DNA of 64,000 nt from the human T2T-CHM13v2.0 reference genome, Homo sapiens. Below the pieces are notes generated by a model. The model did not search any database and was not told the origin of the DNA. It saw only the letters and a list, made by a program, of their open reading frames with translations. Positions 17,004 to 34,456 of the stretch are shown here, piece after piece. A program made the position numbers and the translations under genes. Numbering within the stretch: the first letter of the stretch is position 1; every line of letters begins with the position of its first letter. The stretch lies in NCBI RefSeq assembly GCF_009914755.1, contig NC_060942.1. One strand, 5' to 3'.

Positions 17004-19293
17004 CTCACTCAAATCTCTATCATGATAAACAGCATCGCTGGCTGTCAGACAAGCTCGTGACTTTGCACAGCCATCCCAAGGCCGTGGCAAGGACTCGGAA
17101 TGTGGTGAAGACAGTGGAGATCCAGAGAAGCTCTTCTTTTCCAAGAGGCAGTGAATGTGAACAGACATGTTTAAGAACCTTTCCCCCGGGGGTTGCTTTT
17201 TCAGTGACTGCACCCTCAAATGCCACAGAGAAGAAACCGCAAAAGGCACAGGTGTCTTGGCAGAGTCAACAGCCTGCTCTGGGAACCCGGGGGTTTGCTC
17301 GAGGGAGGGCAGCCACAGGGGCCATCTGTTGTGAACGCTACTCACTTGAAACTGCTCTGAACTTGAACACAAAAGCTGAATACAACCAAAGCACCAACCG
17401 ACAAGGCTGTTTAAAAAAAAAAAAGTTAAAAATGATCATTTGGAAGCCTGCTGGAGCCAAGAGGACAAAGAATGAGGTCAGATGCCAAGGTCAACAGAGC
17501 AGTGCCGCCATCATTCCGATACCCTGAGTCAGGCACAGCTGAAGCTTCTGCAGACGACACATGAAATCCTTGAGACTTTGTCAGTTTAACCCACATTCAA
17601 GGCCATGCCCAAGCGAAATCGTGAAGAGACAAAGTCGCCCTTGGTGGCTGCAGTGTCCACATCTGCCTGTCATACTCTGGTTCCCTGAAACCTTCCATCT
17701 TCTTTACCTTCTAAGTCTCAGGAAAACACGTGATACCAACAGTGGATGTAAATAGAGTTATGGCTTAGTTCAGGAGAATCTGGAGCTGGGAATTGGGAGT
17801 AAAACACGAAACCTTAGGCTTGGGAGCTCAGGGAAAGGTCTCACGATAAAGGACTTAGACTTGGCACCAGGTGGAGGAGGTGTCACGTGAGGCATGGGAC
17901 AGAGACCTGGGCCCCTAAGGCTGCTCCCAGGGATTCTCCCTCTGTCTCCACTTGGGTCCTTCATCCTCCTTCCCAGCCAGTGCTGGCCTTGGGCCTCCCA
18001 CCTCGGCGGTGCTTCTTGCTGCCTGCACTGGTAGGTGGGTGGAGAAGAGAATGAGAGCCCACACTCACCCAGATGTGCCAGTGCCATGTGTGCCTGATTA
18101 GGACAAATAACTGAAAATGGTTCGCCAACCTTGCAGCAGCTTGCGCTGGAAGAAGCAAAGCCCAGGACGGCGCCCTTGCTCTGCCCTGAGAGAATGTGCT
18201 TGGCCCACCACTCAGGAGCATGTGGACAAGGCTGTGTCCCCGGAGCGCAGACCGGGATTCACCCGCACTGCTCCAGCACCAGCAGCCAGAGACCACCAGC
18301 AAGTGCACACAGAGGGGTCTTCAGCCTGGGGGTGAATACACGCAACATGCATGGGTGAAGCATGGCTGACTCCAAACTCCAGAAGCTACCATCACACTTC
18401 TGTGTGCTGCACTGTAACTGTGTGCCTGTGTGTGTGCATGCGTGCACACGTGTGTACGTATAGTATAGCATGGTATAGTATTGTATATAGTCAGTTAACT
18501 CCTTGGTTGCAAATGACAGTTGATGTCCAAATGACTTAAGATAACACACAAAAAATTGACCAATAACACTACAGGGATGCAATTTAGCTTCAGACACAAC
18601 TGGATCGGGGGGCTCTAATGATGTCCTCAGGACCTGGACCCTCTCCAGTGGTTAGTGCTCCCCTCATTGGGACTGGACACAGTTCCGGGCTGTCTCCACT
18701 GGGCGGATCCCAGCAACACCAGGCTGACACCTTCCCAGCCTCACATCTGGGGCAAATGCTCCCCTTCTCCAAGGTACCTGAAAAAACTCGGGAACTCAGG
18801 CAATATCCTAAACTAACAACCACATCTGGAATTGGTCACATAATGCACCTGACAGACGGGGATCAGAGGACACCAGCTCACCCAAAATGCATATGCTGGG
18901 GGTGTATGAGGAGAATAAAGAACTGTACCAGGAAGCTGCAGCTATGATGCCAGGAAGGCAGAAACACTGGAGGCCCGCCATGAAGGCCCAGCTCTACATG
19001 CTGCCAAGAGAGGTTCTGCTTTTAATATCTGCTTCCAGTTGAAGGCATCCCATCTCTCCTAGGACTGCTCCTTCCTGCTGGCTGACATGAGGATGCATGT
19101 GACACTGGCCATCTGGTGACCTCAGCAGGCTTGGGCCTCAGGGTGCGTCCAGGCTGCTGAGGATGGAGTTGGAGACAGAGCAAATCGAGGTCCCCGTGTC
19201 AGCCCTGGGGCTGGGTTATACTCACCTTGGAGCCTGCCCTACTTCTGGAGTCTTTCTTATGATTTAACTAGATTTATATCAAGTTGTCTGTGA

Positions 19294-19674
<381 letters not shown>

Positions 19675-20390
19675 TCATTTTTAAATGATAAATTTTTCTG
19701 AGCCTGAATATCTAGCTGTGTCTCCAACATGACCATTTGTTTCAGGGTACTCTGCAAGTTGTCCTGATTTTTCTCAGCTCATTAATGTAAATATTTAGAG
19801 CAATCTTGAGCTCTGAAAATAAAATAACTCAGTCATAACTTAAAAGCCATGTGTTTACAATGGAGAGATCAGCTCCCGTGGCCCTACATGAGTGCTTTAA
19901 CGTTGTCAATCTTGGACAACCAGGAATAATGTGCATTGAATAGAATGCCATGGGCAGTTGACAGCATCACTCCTGAAGACTGGCCATACGGGGTTAACCT
20001 GAGTCTAAGAAAGATTTTAGATCTAAATTCTAACATGTGGGAAACACAGGGGATGGAGGAGTTAACATCACAAGGAAACAATCAGATACATCTCAAAGGT
20101 GGAACATTTTATAGGACAATAAGTGTACTAAGCCAGCTCGGGCTGTTGTAGAAAGATGCCACAGACTGGGCGGCTCACACAGTCTCACAGCCCTGGAGCC
20201 TGGAAGCCTAAGACAGAGCTGCCATCAGGGCTGGTTTCTGATGAGGCCTCTGTTTCAGGCTTGCAGATGGCTGCCCTCTTGCTATGTCCTCAGTGTGTGC
20301 AAGTGGGAGAAGTTTGGGGACTAGGTCTGATGTCCCTTTTCTTCTTTTCTTTTCTTTTCTTTTTTTTTTTTAATTTGAATGAAATTTTTA

Positions 20391-20684
<294 letters not shown>

Positions 20685-20715
20685 TTATATATATTACTAT
20701 AAATATAACACTATA

Positions 20716-20731
<16 letters not shown>

Positions 20732-20749
<18 letters not shown>

Positions 20750-20895
20750 TTTTTTAGAGACAAGGTCTCACCCAGGCTGGAGTGCAGTGGCACAATCATA
20801 GCTGACTGTAACCTTGAAATCCTGGGCTCAAGCAATCCTCCTATCTGAGCCTCCCAAAGTGCTGGGATTACAGGCATGAGCCACCTCACCCAGCC
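20732..20895 (-). mobile_element. Alu monomer-length element
   Basis: T tract plus monomer body; tail-to-tail with the previous Alu across (TA)n. Confidence 0.82.
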
Positions 20896-20980
20896 TCTTT
20901 CTCTTCTTCTAAGATCACCAGATCCATGGGACCAGGGCCCACCCTTATGACCCCATTGAACCTTAACCTTAATTACCTCC

Positions 20981-21411
20981 TGTATTTGTCAGGGTTCTCT
21001 TAAAGGGACAGAACTAATAGAATATATATGAGTTTATTAAGTATTAACTTTATTAACTTACACGATCACAAAGTCCCACAATAGGCTGTCTGCTAGCTGA
21101 GGAGCAAGGAGAGCCAGTCCGAGTCCCAAACCTGAAGAACTTGGAGTCCGATGTTCAAGGGCAGGAAGCATCCAGCATGGGACAAAGACGTAGGCTGGGA
21201 GGCTAGGCCCATCTCTCTTTTTCATATTTTTCTGCCTGCTTTATATTCACTGGAAGCTGATTAGATTGTGCCCACCAAATTAAGGGTGGATCTGCCTTCC
21301 CCACCCACTGACTCAAATGTTAATCTCTTTTGGCAACACCCTCACAGACACACCCAGGATTAATACTTTGTATCCTTCAATCCAATCAGGTTGACAGTAT
21401 TAACCATCACA
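20981..21411 (-). mobile_element. MLT2A1-like LTR (3' LTR of HERV-L)
   Basis: TG...CA termini (tgtgatggttaatac ... gagaaccctgacaaataca on minus); purine tract GACAAGGGGTAGACT immediately upstream. Confidence 0.88.
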
Positions 21412-22962
21412 AGTCTACCCCTTGTCAACTTGAACCCATACACAACTCCTGAGATCATACATAATCTTCAAATAAGGACAACAATAAGGTCATAATTACG
21501 CCTAACATAATACAACTATCCTTCGTACAACTGGAAATGCACCAATCCCCAACCCCAATACTATTACATAAAGTTAACAGTACTTAAATGCTAACATGAA
21601 GTCAATAAATCTTATGTCACATGATAAAGGAGAAAGGAAATAAAATGAAGTTATTTTCTTAGCACAAGTGTATGCATGCACAAACATGTTTTTAACGAAA
21701 GAAGGAGGAAATACTCATAACAATTACAGTCCTCGCTTCTGCAGCGGGTCACGTGGTCATGGCTGGTATTGATAACTACCTTCTTCTACTACCCGTTCTG
21801 TATTCCCTTTGCCTTCAGCAAGCACCTCAGCAGGTTGTGGCTATTTTCCTGGTGGAATGACCCAAACCTTCATTCCTGAAGGGTCTGGGTTATTTGTAAT
21901 CCTGCCTGGATTGGGCTGTTGTAGTTTCCCATTGACCTTAATCACAGGGCATGGTAATACTAAGAGACGCCCTAATGGATCTCCTATATTCCATGCATAC
22001 TCTTCCTTTCCTCTGTTGTGGAGTAGTGGACTGATTTCATCTTGATAGTTCGAGTCAATCACTGCAGCCAACTCTGTAACTCCCTTCTTAGCCTGTTGAC
22101 TTAAAGGTAAGAGGAGCCCAAAATGTCCAGGTGGCAATTTTAACTTCCAGTTTAATGGACTCATTGTTGTGTCTCCTGTTGGCAGCTTTCCTCCCTCTGT
22201 AACTAAGACCGCTAGGCCAGCAGAAAGTAATGTCACAGGAAAAGGAAGCAAAACTTTTGCTAGTGGATCACCAGGGGTGATGGTGAGTGGTGCCACTTCC
22301 ACTTCCACCCCTTGATTCCTGGACATATGAATCCTGTCTGTGGGAGAAACAGCACCATATATTGGACGCTGATTCAGAGCATACACGGCCTTCTGGAGAA
22401 CTTTGCCCCAACCCTGGATGATGGGGAACATGGTAAGACCAGTGAATTCCGTGAGCATGAGCCCACTGTTGCAATTCTTTAGCCGTAAAGTGAGTGCCTT
22501 GGTCAGAGGCAATGCTGTGTGGAATACCATGTTGGTGTATAAGGCATTCTGTGAGCCCACGGATGGATGGTAGTCTTGGTAGAAGCACTGCGTGCAGGAT
22601 AGGCAAATCCATATGCAGAGTAAGTATCTATTCCAATGAGGGCAAACCTCTGCCCTTTCCATGATGGAAGAGGTCCAATATAATCAACCTGCCACCAGGT
22701 AGCTGGCTGGTCACCCCCGAGGAACGGTGCCATGTCGAGGGCTTAGTATTGGTCTCTGCTGCTGGCAAATGGGGCCCTCAGCAGCGGCCGTAGCCAGGTC
22801 AGTCTTGGTGAGTGGAAGTCCATGTTGCTGAGCCCATGTGTAACCTCCATCCCTGCCACCATGGCCCCTTTGTTCATGGGCCCATTGGGCGATGACAGGG
22901 GTGGTTGGGGAAAGAGACTGAATGGTGTCCATAGAATGGGTCATCCTATCCACTTGATTATT

Positions 22963-23231
22963 ATTGAGATGGAGTACTGCTCTTACCACCCAGGCTGGAG
23001 TGCAATGGCAACCTTGGCTCACTGCAACCTCCACCTCCCAGGTTCAAGCAATTCTCCTGCCTCAGCCTCCCAAGTAGCTGGGATTACAGGCATGCACCAC
23101 CACACCCTGCTAATTTTTGTATTTTTACTAGAGTCAGGGTTTCACCATATTGGTCAGGCTGGTCTCAAACTCCTGACCTCAGATGACCCACTTGCCTTGG
23201 CCTCCCAAAGTGCTGGGATTACGCACCTAGC
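22963..23231 (-). mobile_element. Alu (S-type) inside HERV-L
   Basis: TSD ccacttgattatt. Confidence 0.9.
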
Positions 23232-23260
23232 CCACTTGATTATTAAAATCCTCCTCTGCT

Positions 23261-23571
<311 letters not shown>

Positions 23572-24687
23572 TCACCCATTGGTGAGCACTCACATGGGAT
23601 ACAAATATCGTCACAGTTTTTGACCACTCAGAGAGTTCTATCCGCGTACCTCTTCCCCAGACTTCTTTGTCACCAATTTTCCTATCATGCTCCTTCCAAG
23701 TCCCTGACCATCTGGCCAAACCATTGGCTACGGCCCATGAATCAGTATCTAATCGCACATCTGGCCATTTCTCCTTCCATGCAACGTGCACAGCCAGGTG
23801 CACGGCTCGAAGTTCTGCCCACTGGGAAGATTTCCCTTCACTGCTGTCCTTCAAGGATTTCCTAGAAAGAGGCTGTAGTGCTGAAGCTGTCCCATTTTCA
23901 CATGGTGGCTGCATATCGTGCAGAACTATCTGTGAACCAGGACCTAGTCTTCTCTGCCTCTGTCACCTGATCATAGGGAACTCCCCATGAGGCCATCGGT
24001 GCAGGCTGTAGGAGAGAAGACAGGGTGGCAGGGGTGGAGATGATAGGCATTTGAGCCACTTCCTCATGTAACTTACTTGTGCCTTCCGGACCTGCTCGAG
24101 CCCGATCATGTATATACCACTTCCATTTGATGATGGAATGCTGCTGTGCATGACACGCTTTATGGCTAGATGGGTCAGAAAGCACCCAGTTCATGATAGG
24201 CAGTTCAGGTCGCATGGTGACTTGATGACCCATAGTCAAACATTAAGTTTCCACCAAAGCCTAGTAACAGGCCAAGAGCTGTCTCTCAAAAGGAGAGTAG
24301 TTACCTGCAGAAGATGGCAGGGCCTTGCTCCAAAATCCTAGAGGCCTTTGCTGTGATTCACCTATGGGGGCCTGCCAAAGGCTCCAAACAGCATCCCTAT
24401 CTGCCAGTGACACCTCAAGCACCACTGGACCTGCTGGGTCATATGGCTCAAGTATCAGAGCAGCTTGCACAGCAGCCTGGACCTCTTGCAGAGCCTTCTC
24501 CTGTTCTGGACCCCACTCAGAATGGCAGCCTTTTGGGTCACTAGATAAATGGACTGAAGTAACACACCCAAATGAGGAATGCATGGACTCCAAAATCCAA
24601 ATAGACCCGCTAGGCATTATGCCTCTTTCTTGGCTGTAGGAGGGGCCAAATGCAGCAACTTATCCTTCACCTTAGAAGGAATTATCT

Positions 24688-25004
<317 letters not shown>

Positions 25005-26580
25005 CTATCTTGACAAGCCCCACACCACTAGACCCCTAGAAATTTTACTGAGACAGAAGGTCTCTGAATTTTAGTCAGATTTATTCCCCATCCTCTGGCA
25101 TGCAAATGTCTCACCAATAAGCCCAGTGTGTTTGCTACTTCTTGCTCACTGGATCCAATCAGCATAATGTCATCAATGTAATGGACCAGTGTGATATCCT
25201 GCAGAAGCGAAAAGCGATCAAGTTCTCTCCAAATAAGATTATGACACAAAGCCACAGAGTTGATATACCCCTGAGGTAGGACAGTAAAGGTATATTGATG
25301 GCCTTGCCAGCTGAAAGAAAATTGCTTCTGGTGGGCCTTATGGACAGGAATGGAGACAAAGGCATTTGCCAAGTGAAGGGCTGTATACCAGGTACCAGGA
25401 GGTGTGTTAATTTGCTCAATCAGTTAAACCACATCTGGTACAGCAGCTGCAAGTGGAGTCACCACTTGGTTAAGCTTAAGATAATCCACTGTCATTCTCC
25501 AAGATCCATCTGTCTTCTGCATAGGTCAAATGGGAGAGTTGAATGGGGATGTGGGAATCACCACCCGTGTCCTTCAAGTCCTTGATGGTGGCACCAATCT
25601 CCGCAATCCCTCCAGGGATGTGATATTGTTTTTGATTTACTATTTTTCTAGGTAGAGGCAGCTCTAATGGCTTCCATTTGGCCTTTCCCACCATAGTAGC
25701 CCTCACCCTACCAGTCAGGGAGCCAATGTGGGATTCTGCCAGCTGCTGAGTATGTCTATTCCAATTATGCATTCTGGCACTGGGAAAAACCACAGGATGA
25801 GTCCAGGGACCCACTGCATCCACTGTAAGTTGGACCTGAGCTAAAACTCCATTAATTATCTGACCTCCATAAGCCCCTATTTTAACTGGAGGACCACAAT
25901 GACGTTTTGGGTCCCCTGGAATCAATGTCAGCTCAGAGCCAGTGTCCAATAGTCCCTGAAATGTCTGATCATTTCCCTTTCCCCAATGCACAGTTACCCT
26001 GGTGAAGGCTGGAGGTCTCCTTGGGGAAGGATGGGAGAAAGATTCACTGTATAAACTGTAGGTAATATAGTGGGGTCCTTCCTCAAGGGGACCTGGCCTC
26101 CCCTTCATTCAAGGGGTTTTAGGTCTTTAAACTGGCTCAAGTCTGGAAATTGAGAGGCCGTGATTCTCTGTTTTTATAATTCAAATTAGTCCTTTGTCCA
26201 TTCGACCTAGAAGGTTTCTGTTTGTATAAATTAAGTAGGAATGCAGTAGGCTTCCAATCAATTTCACTTCTAGGAACACCGTGATTAGCCAATGCCAGAG
26301 CTCTGTACAAGCCAGACTATTCTGATTGCCACTTTGCCTTTGCTGTCCATTATGGTAGCTATGCCCACCTTGCCTTTGATGGCTAAGTGCTGCCACTTGG
26401 CCCCTGCCACCTCAGGATTCAATTATTCCCATTGCATTTCAATTTTGTAGTTGAATGACCGCAGTTCCCACTGCTAGATCTGACATACAGAGAAGAGCAA
26501 TTACAGGGCTCTTCAAAGATGCAGGTGCTGCCTTCACAAACCTATTTTGCAAGGCATATATCAAGGGTATTAAATATATT

Positions 26581-26830
<250 letters not shown>

Positions 26831-27368
26831 TTACAGAGATAACAGGTGAAGGTAAAACAAAACCCAAAGGGTATAATGGGTTTCCCTTCCCTTCTCTCTT
26901 TCTACGAATGCAGTGAAAGGTGAGTTGTAATCATTTCTAATGATTTGTGCACATTCTTATAAATATTAACTTAATTCATACACATGGGTAAACATATATA
27001 TATTCCTAGATTATTATTGTTTATATGACAATTTTTAATTCTAGTGAAATAAAGATGTTAATTTTAATCTATAAAACTACAAATTACCTAAAATTATTTT
27101 TGTCCCTTTTCTACATAAACTTGTTAGAAAAAAATTATGTGCTCTTCATTTAACAGAAATTTGAAATCAAGAGAACTGATAATGCTCTTATTTTCCGTAG
27201 AAGGTTTTGGATTGACCAGTTTGCGTCAGGGAAAATATTTTTGTGCTTTTCACCTTCCTCAAAGCTGACAGATAGTTAACTCTCTCCTTTCTTCCTTGGC
27301 ATGCAGGTTTCCTCCATGTTTTAGGTGGGCCTAGAGATGTAAAGTCATGGCCTTTTTCAAAAGCTACA

Positions 27369-27807
<439 letters not shown>

Positions 27808-27839
27808 AAAACCATTTTTTTTAAAAAAGAGAAGCTACA

Positions 27840-28194
<355 letters not shown>

Positions 28195-29107
28195 TCAGCC
28201 ACGCATTTTTCTTTCCAGTAACACAGCGCACTGAGCACGTACGTGCATGGGTGTGACCCGCACATCTCCCGGTGCGCCCTGTGAGGATGGGACTGGCTGT
28301 GGTGTGTGGCTGCTTCTCTGTGATCTAACGTCACCTCCCTAAGCAGATGCAGAGGAACAACGCCTTGGTCACAGCCCCAAGGTCACATCACCCAAATAAT
28401 AGAATATTAGTGTAATATACTCAAGCTGAGCTTCAGAATGCCCAAATACAGATAGAGATGCTGAAGAATAATGAAAAAAATGAAATACCACCGATGTCAA
28501 GAAACAGCCTCAGTGTCAATTACAAGGCAAGGCATCAGAATACAGAATGTCTTTTCCTTTCAAACCTGCTGGACATTCTTTAAACATTTCATTAGTTTTC
28601 CTTTAAAATGCCTAGGTCTGTCTCCACAGCCAGTATCTGGCATAAAGTGATTTCTCTGAAATGATGAGTTTCTGTGAAATGATATTTTATCATTCTAAGA
28701 GTTACTGCCATTCTCCCTTTCTCCCATTAATAAGACTCCCTAGCTGAGTCTCATTAAATAATCTGCTCTAAACATCTACGGCTTAATTTTCTTGAAAGTG
28801 AAAAAGAACCCCATAAATTTTCTTAAAGGAGCAAATTCTAACTGTAGCTCCAGGAAGTGTCCCTCCGCAGCTTTGTTCCACATCTTGACCTCAGTGACAC
28901 AAGATGTGTTCTTTTTTGCCCATGTTCAGGATTCTTTAATACACCCCCATGTATGGCTTCACTGTTGCAATTTCCTTGAATCTTGGATGACCTATGAAAT
29001 TGAGCTTAAAATTATGAGTGAAATTTAGCGTGGCAGAAAAAGTTCGGAACCCAGAATCACTATGCTGGCAAAATATTTTTGCTAGGTAGAGTTTTTAATT
29101 ATAAAAG

Positions 29108-29965
<858 letters not shown>

Positions 29966-30037
29966 AAAGTAACACATGCTAGTTGCAAAAATTTCAAACA
30001 GAAAACATGTGTAAAAACAAAAAGGATAAGGCCCTGA

Positions 30038-30476
<439 letters not shown>

Positions 30477-30511
30477 TAATTAACAATAGATCAAACACAT
30501 CTTTCATGTAA

Positions 30512-30678
30512 TTTATTTATTTATGTATTTTTTGAAAGAAGATCTTGCTCTGTCACCCAGGCTGGAGGACAATGGTATGGTCATAGCTCACTGCAACCTT
30601 GAACTCCTGGACTCAAGTAATCTTCATGCTTTGGCTTCCCGAAGTGCTGGGATTACAGACTTGAGGCACTGCCCCGGC
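30512..30678 (-). mobile_element. Alu monomer-length element
   Basis: (TTTA)n tail plus monomer body. Confidence 0.8.
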
Positions 30679-30754
30679 TCATGTAGCTTTAAATACATCT
30701 TTTGAATAATTATTTAATTCTGCAGATTTTATTTTTAAATTAATACATGTTCAT

Positions 30755-30757
<3 letters not shown>

Positions 30758-30785
<28 letters not shown>
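30758..30785. repeat. Poly(A) run (28 nt) with no SINE body
   Basis: Seen directly. Confidence 0.9.
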
Positions 30786-31127
30786 CAAATTGTGACCAGC
30801 ACAAACAGCTGTACTCCAACCCCACTTCCCAGGCTGCCAGTTCCCCTGGCCAGAAGCAGCCGTGCTATTTGGGTTTTTTCTTTCTGGTGAATTTATCCAA
30901 AGATATGTTCTACTATTTCAATATTAATCGAAACTCCCCCAAATCCCTCTGCAGGTTACATGATGACCATATCTACCTCTTTGGCCAGACACATGCAGTG
31001 CTTCAGAACTGGGATTGTCCTGATAGGAACAGGACACAAAAGAGCCCATGTCTAGCACTGGATTTATAATCTAGGTTTCTTTAACCCATAGCATTGTCAT
31101 AAAAGCAAAGATTTTTTGCTAGTAAGG

Positions 31128-31495
31128 TGACATGGCTTGGATTTGTGTCCCCACCCAAATCTCATGTCAAATTGGAGGAGGAGCCTGGTGGAAGGTGACT
31201 GGATCATGGGGGCAGATGTCTCCCTTGCTGTTCTCAGGATAGTGACTGGGTTCTCATGAGATCTGGTTGTTTTGAAAGTGTGCAGCCCCTCCCACTTCAC
31301 TGTCTCTTCCTCCAGCTCCAGCCATGTAGGACGTGTCGGTTTCTCCTTCACCTTCCACCATGATTGTAAATTTCCTGAGGCATCCTAGCCATGCTTCCTG
31401 TACAGATGTGGAACTGAGTCAATTAAACCTCTTTTCTTTATAAGTTACCCAGCATCAGATAGTTCTTTACAGCAATGAGAGAACAGATGAATACA
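31128..31495 (+). mobile_element. Solo MST (MSTA/B-like) MaLR LTR
   Basis: TGACATGGCTTGG...GATGAATACA; 5-bp TSD TAAGG on both sides. Confidence 0.88.
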
Positions 31496-31520
31496 TAAGG
31501 GTTTTTAAAAAAAATAACTA

Positions 31521-31838
<318 letters not shown>

Positions 31839-32166
31839 TTATGGAATAGTAACATATAGGGATAGTGAAATGCAAAAATCTTCAATTTGTAGTTTGATTA
31901 ATGTTTACATATGTGAACATTCATATAACCCCTACCCAGATTAAAGTATGAAACATTTCCAGACATCTGGAAAGAAGGTAAGCTTTTGAGAAAGAAACAA
32001 GGTTTTGAGTTCCAACAGGCTAAGATTCCAAAAGGATTAAAGCATAACATTTATACATTAAAATGTTTCTCAAAGAGACAAAATATTTTTCTGGGAGAAA
32101 AAAAGTTGTATCTCAGAAGACACGCTGCACCCTGCACCCGCTTCCAAGAAGGGGACGGGTAGGCAC

Positions 32167-32523
32167 TGTGGAGGGTGTTGGCCCCCTGGCCCCAGGTGCC
32201 AGTGTGCGGAGGCGGAGCCTCTAGAGAGGAGATTAAGGTGAAATGAAAGCCTAAGGCCAGGGCCCTCACCTGATAGGGCTGGTGACCTCATCAGAAGAGG
32301 GAGGGACGGGGCGCTCTCTCTCCAGGTGCGCACAGAGTAGAGGCCATGTGAGGACACAGGGAGGAGACATTGTCCGTGAATCAGGAAACCACCCTCTCCA
32401 GATGCAGAGTTTAGCAGTGCCTTCATCTTGGACATCCAGCCTCCAGAACTGTGAGAAATAAACTTCTGTTATAAGCCAACCCATCTGTGGCATTTTATTA
32501 TAGCAGCCTGAACAGACTAAAAC
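32167..32523 (+). mobile_element. MLT1 (A/B-like) MaLR LTR
   Basis: cagcctccagaactgtgagaaataaacttctgtt...atagcagcctgaacagactaa signature. Confidence 0.78.
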
Positions 32524-33041
32524 CAGGGTCTCAGGGCAAGAGGCCCGTGCCTTCTTTCTAGACTATGGAGGGGGAGAGTTTAAGCCTCCCAGAGATGCCC
32601 CAGCACCACAGAGCAGGCAGGAGGAGGGCGGTGCAAGAAGCCCCCGGGGTTCCCACCCCACGCTGACATTTCCCAGGCTCCTAGAGGCTGAGGGAGAGCT
32701 GCAGGGCCTCAGAGGTGGGGTTTGATTCTATGGACCTCAGGCCAGACAAACTGGGCACCAGGCAGGACCACGGACTCCCATGGGAGACGCAGCAGAAGAG
32801 GGCCGCCTGGAGCTCGAGCCGCCCCACAGCACCTCCTGTGCTGAGACACAGGTGCAAATGCAGAGGCCGCTTTGGAGAGGAGGAGGTCCACATCCTCCTG
32901 CACTGCAGAGCCTTCACTTCCCAGCCTCAAATGCCCCCGACGAGCCACATTTCCCTGAAAAAGGCTATCTGGTATTTCCCACTTGTCAGGCAGGCTGAAT
33001 GCTCAAGGCAAAATCTCACCACAATATTGGAAGACATATAA

Positions 33042-33353
<312 letters not shown>

Positions 33354-33829
33354 CATGTAACAGTTTTCTATGCCCAAGCTGTGATCTGTGAAATCTGCAG
33401 TAACAATAAAACCACGGATGGGGCTCTGTGTGTGCGCACATGTGTGTGTACCCACACCTGTACATATCTCCCCCACTATCTGCAGTTTTTCTAGTTTACA
33501 AACCGTTTAGATTTGGATTCTGGAAAACCCAAGATAGATTATTTTCCTCTGAAAGGGGCCAGTGAGCAGACCATCAAAGCTGAAGCCCTTCCCTTCCCCT
33601 GTAGATCACAGGACCATCAGAACAAGGATGTTTTAGCAGGAGGCCACCCCGACACACCACGCAGCACCCGCAGTCCTGCCCCTTCCCGAGTCTGATGGGT
33701 TTCAGCGGAAGGGCAGTCCTGGAGTCTCACAGCGCCAGTCTGCACCACGTGTGAAGGGGCCTGACCAGCTACAGATATGCTCGCTTACAGGGACACCCCT
33801 GCAAGGAGGGACTCCGAGGAAATAAGTTC

Positions 33830-34456
33830 TTTCCACTCTCTCCAGACACTGGTCTATTTTCTTAGGGTTTTGTGGATCTGGCTCCCAACAGTCCTTTGTG
33901 ATATCTAATCCTAGTATGTAAATAAAGGCATTGTGGTGGCTTTGGAGTACATGGTCTAGGCAAGGCTGAACGACATTTCCTGGCTTTGCTTTCTTGAATG
34001 TTTCTGTTAGGGTGGTCATAAGGGCAAACCTGTGGGAGATCTGAGGGCAGAAGTGAAGCAGGAGGTGTCACGTGTCGTACACATCGTCGCCTGCCAGTGG
34101 GCTCGCCTCGGGAGTATGGGAAGGCAGCGGCCGCAGGGCTCCACCTTCCCTGAGCCAAGCCCTGGGTCAGATGTAAAGGTCAGCTCAGTGACAAACAGCG
34201 CCAGCTCCTCCTGCAGGACACTCGGCCCAGTGCTGCCGCAAGAGCTGCCACCTTGGTCTATTCCTGCGGCCCTGCCCCCTCACCTTACATACCCCTCACC
34301 TCTGCCTGCCCTTGGAGACAGCCTTGGAGAGGTGGCTTACCCAGCTCCCACAGTTGCAGAAGGCCAAGTCCCCGTGACAAATAATGTCACATGCACCAAT
34401 ACATGCCCCTACCTCCAAGGGGCTCAGCTTCTCTGATTCATTCCTGACTGATAGCA
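33830..34456. mobile_element. ERVL-class LTR sequence (LTR16/LTR33-like) abutting the older ERVL internal region
   Basis: Ends cctgactgatagca followed by gaatttggtac, a typical ERVL LTR/internal junction; subfamily and 5' boundary uncertain. Confidence 0.5.

Noticed and set aside
21841-22662. 273-aa ORF as a functional gene
   Set aside because: The N-terminal part is out-of-frame integrase sequence; the provirus has frameshifts, a deletion and Alu insertions
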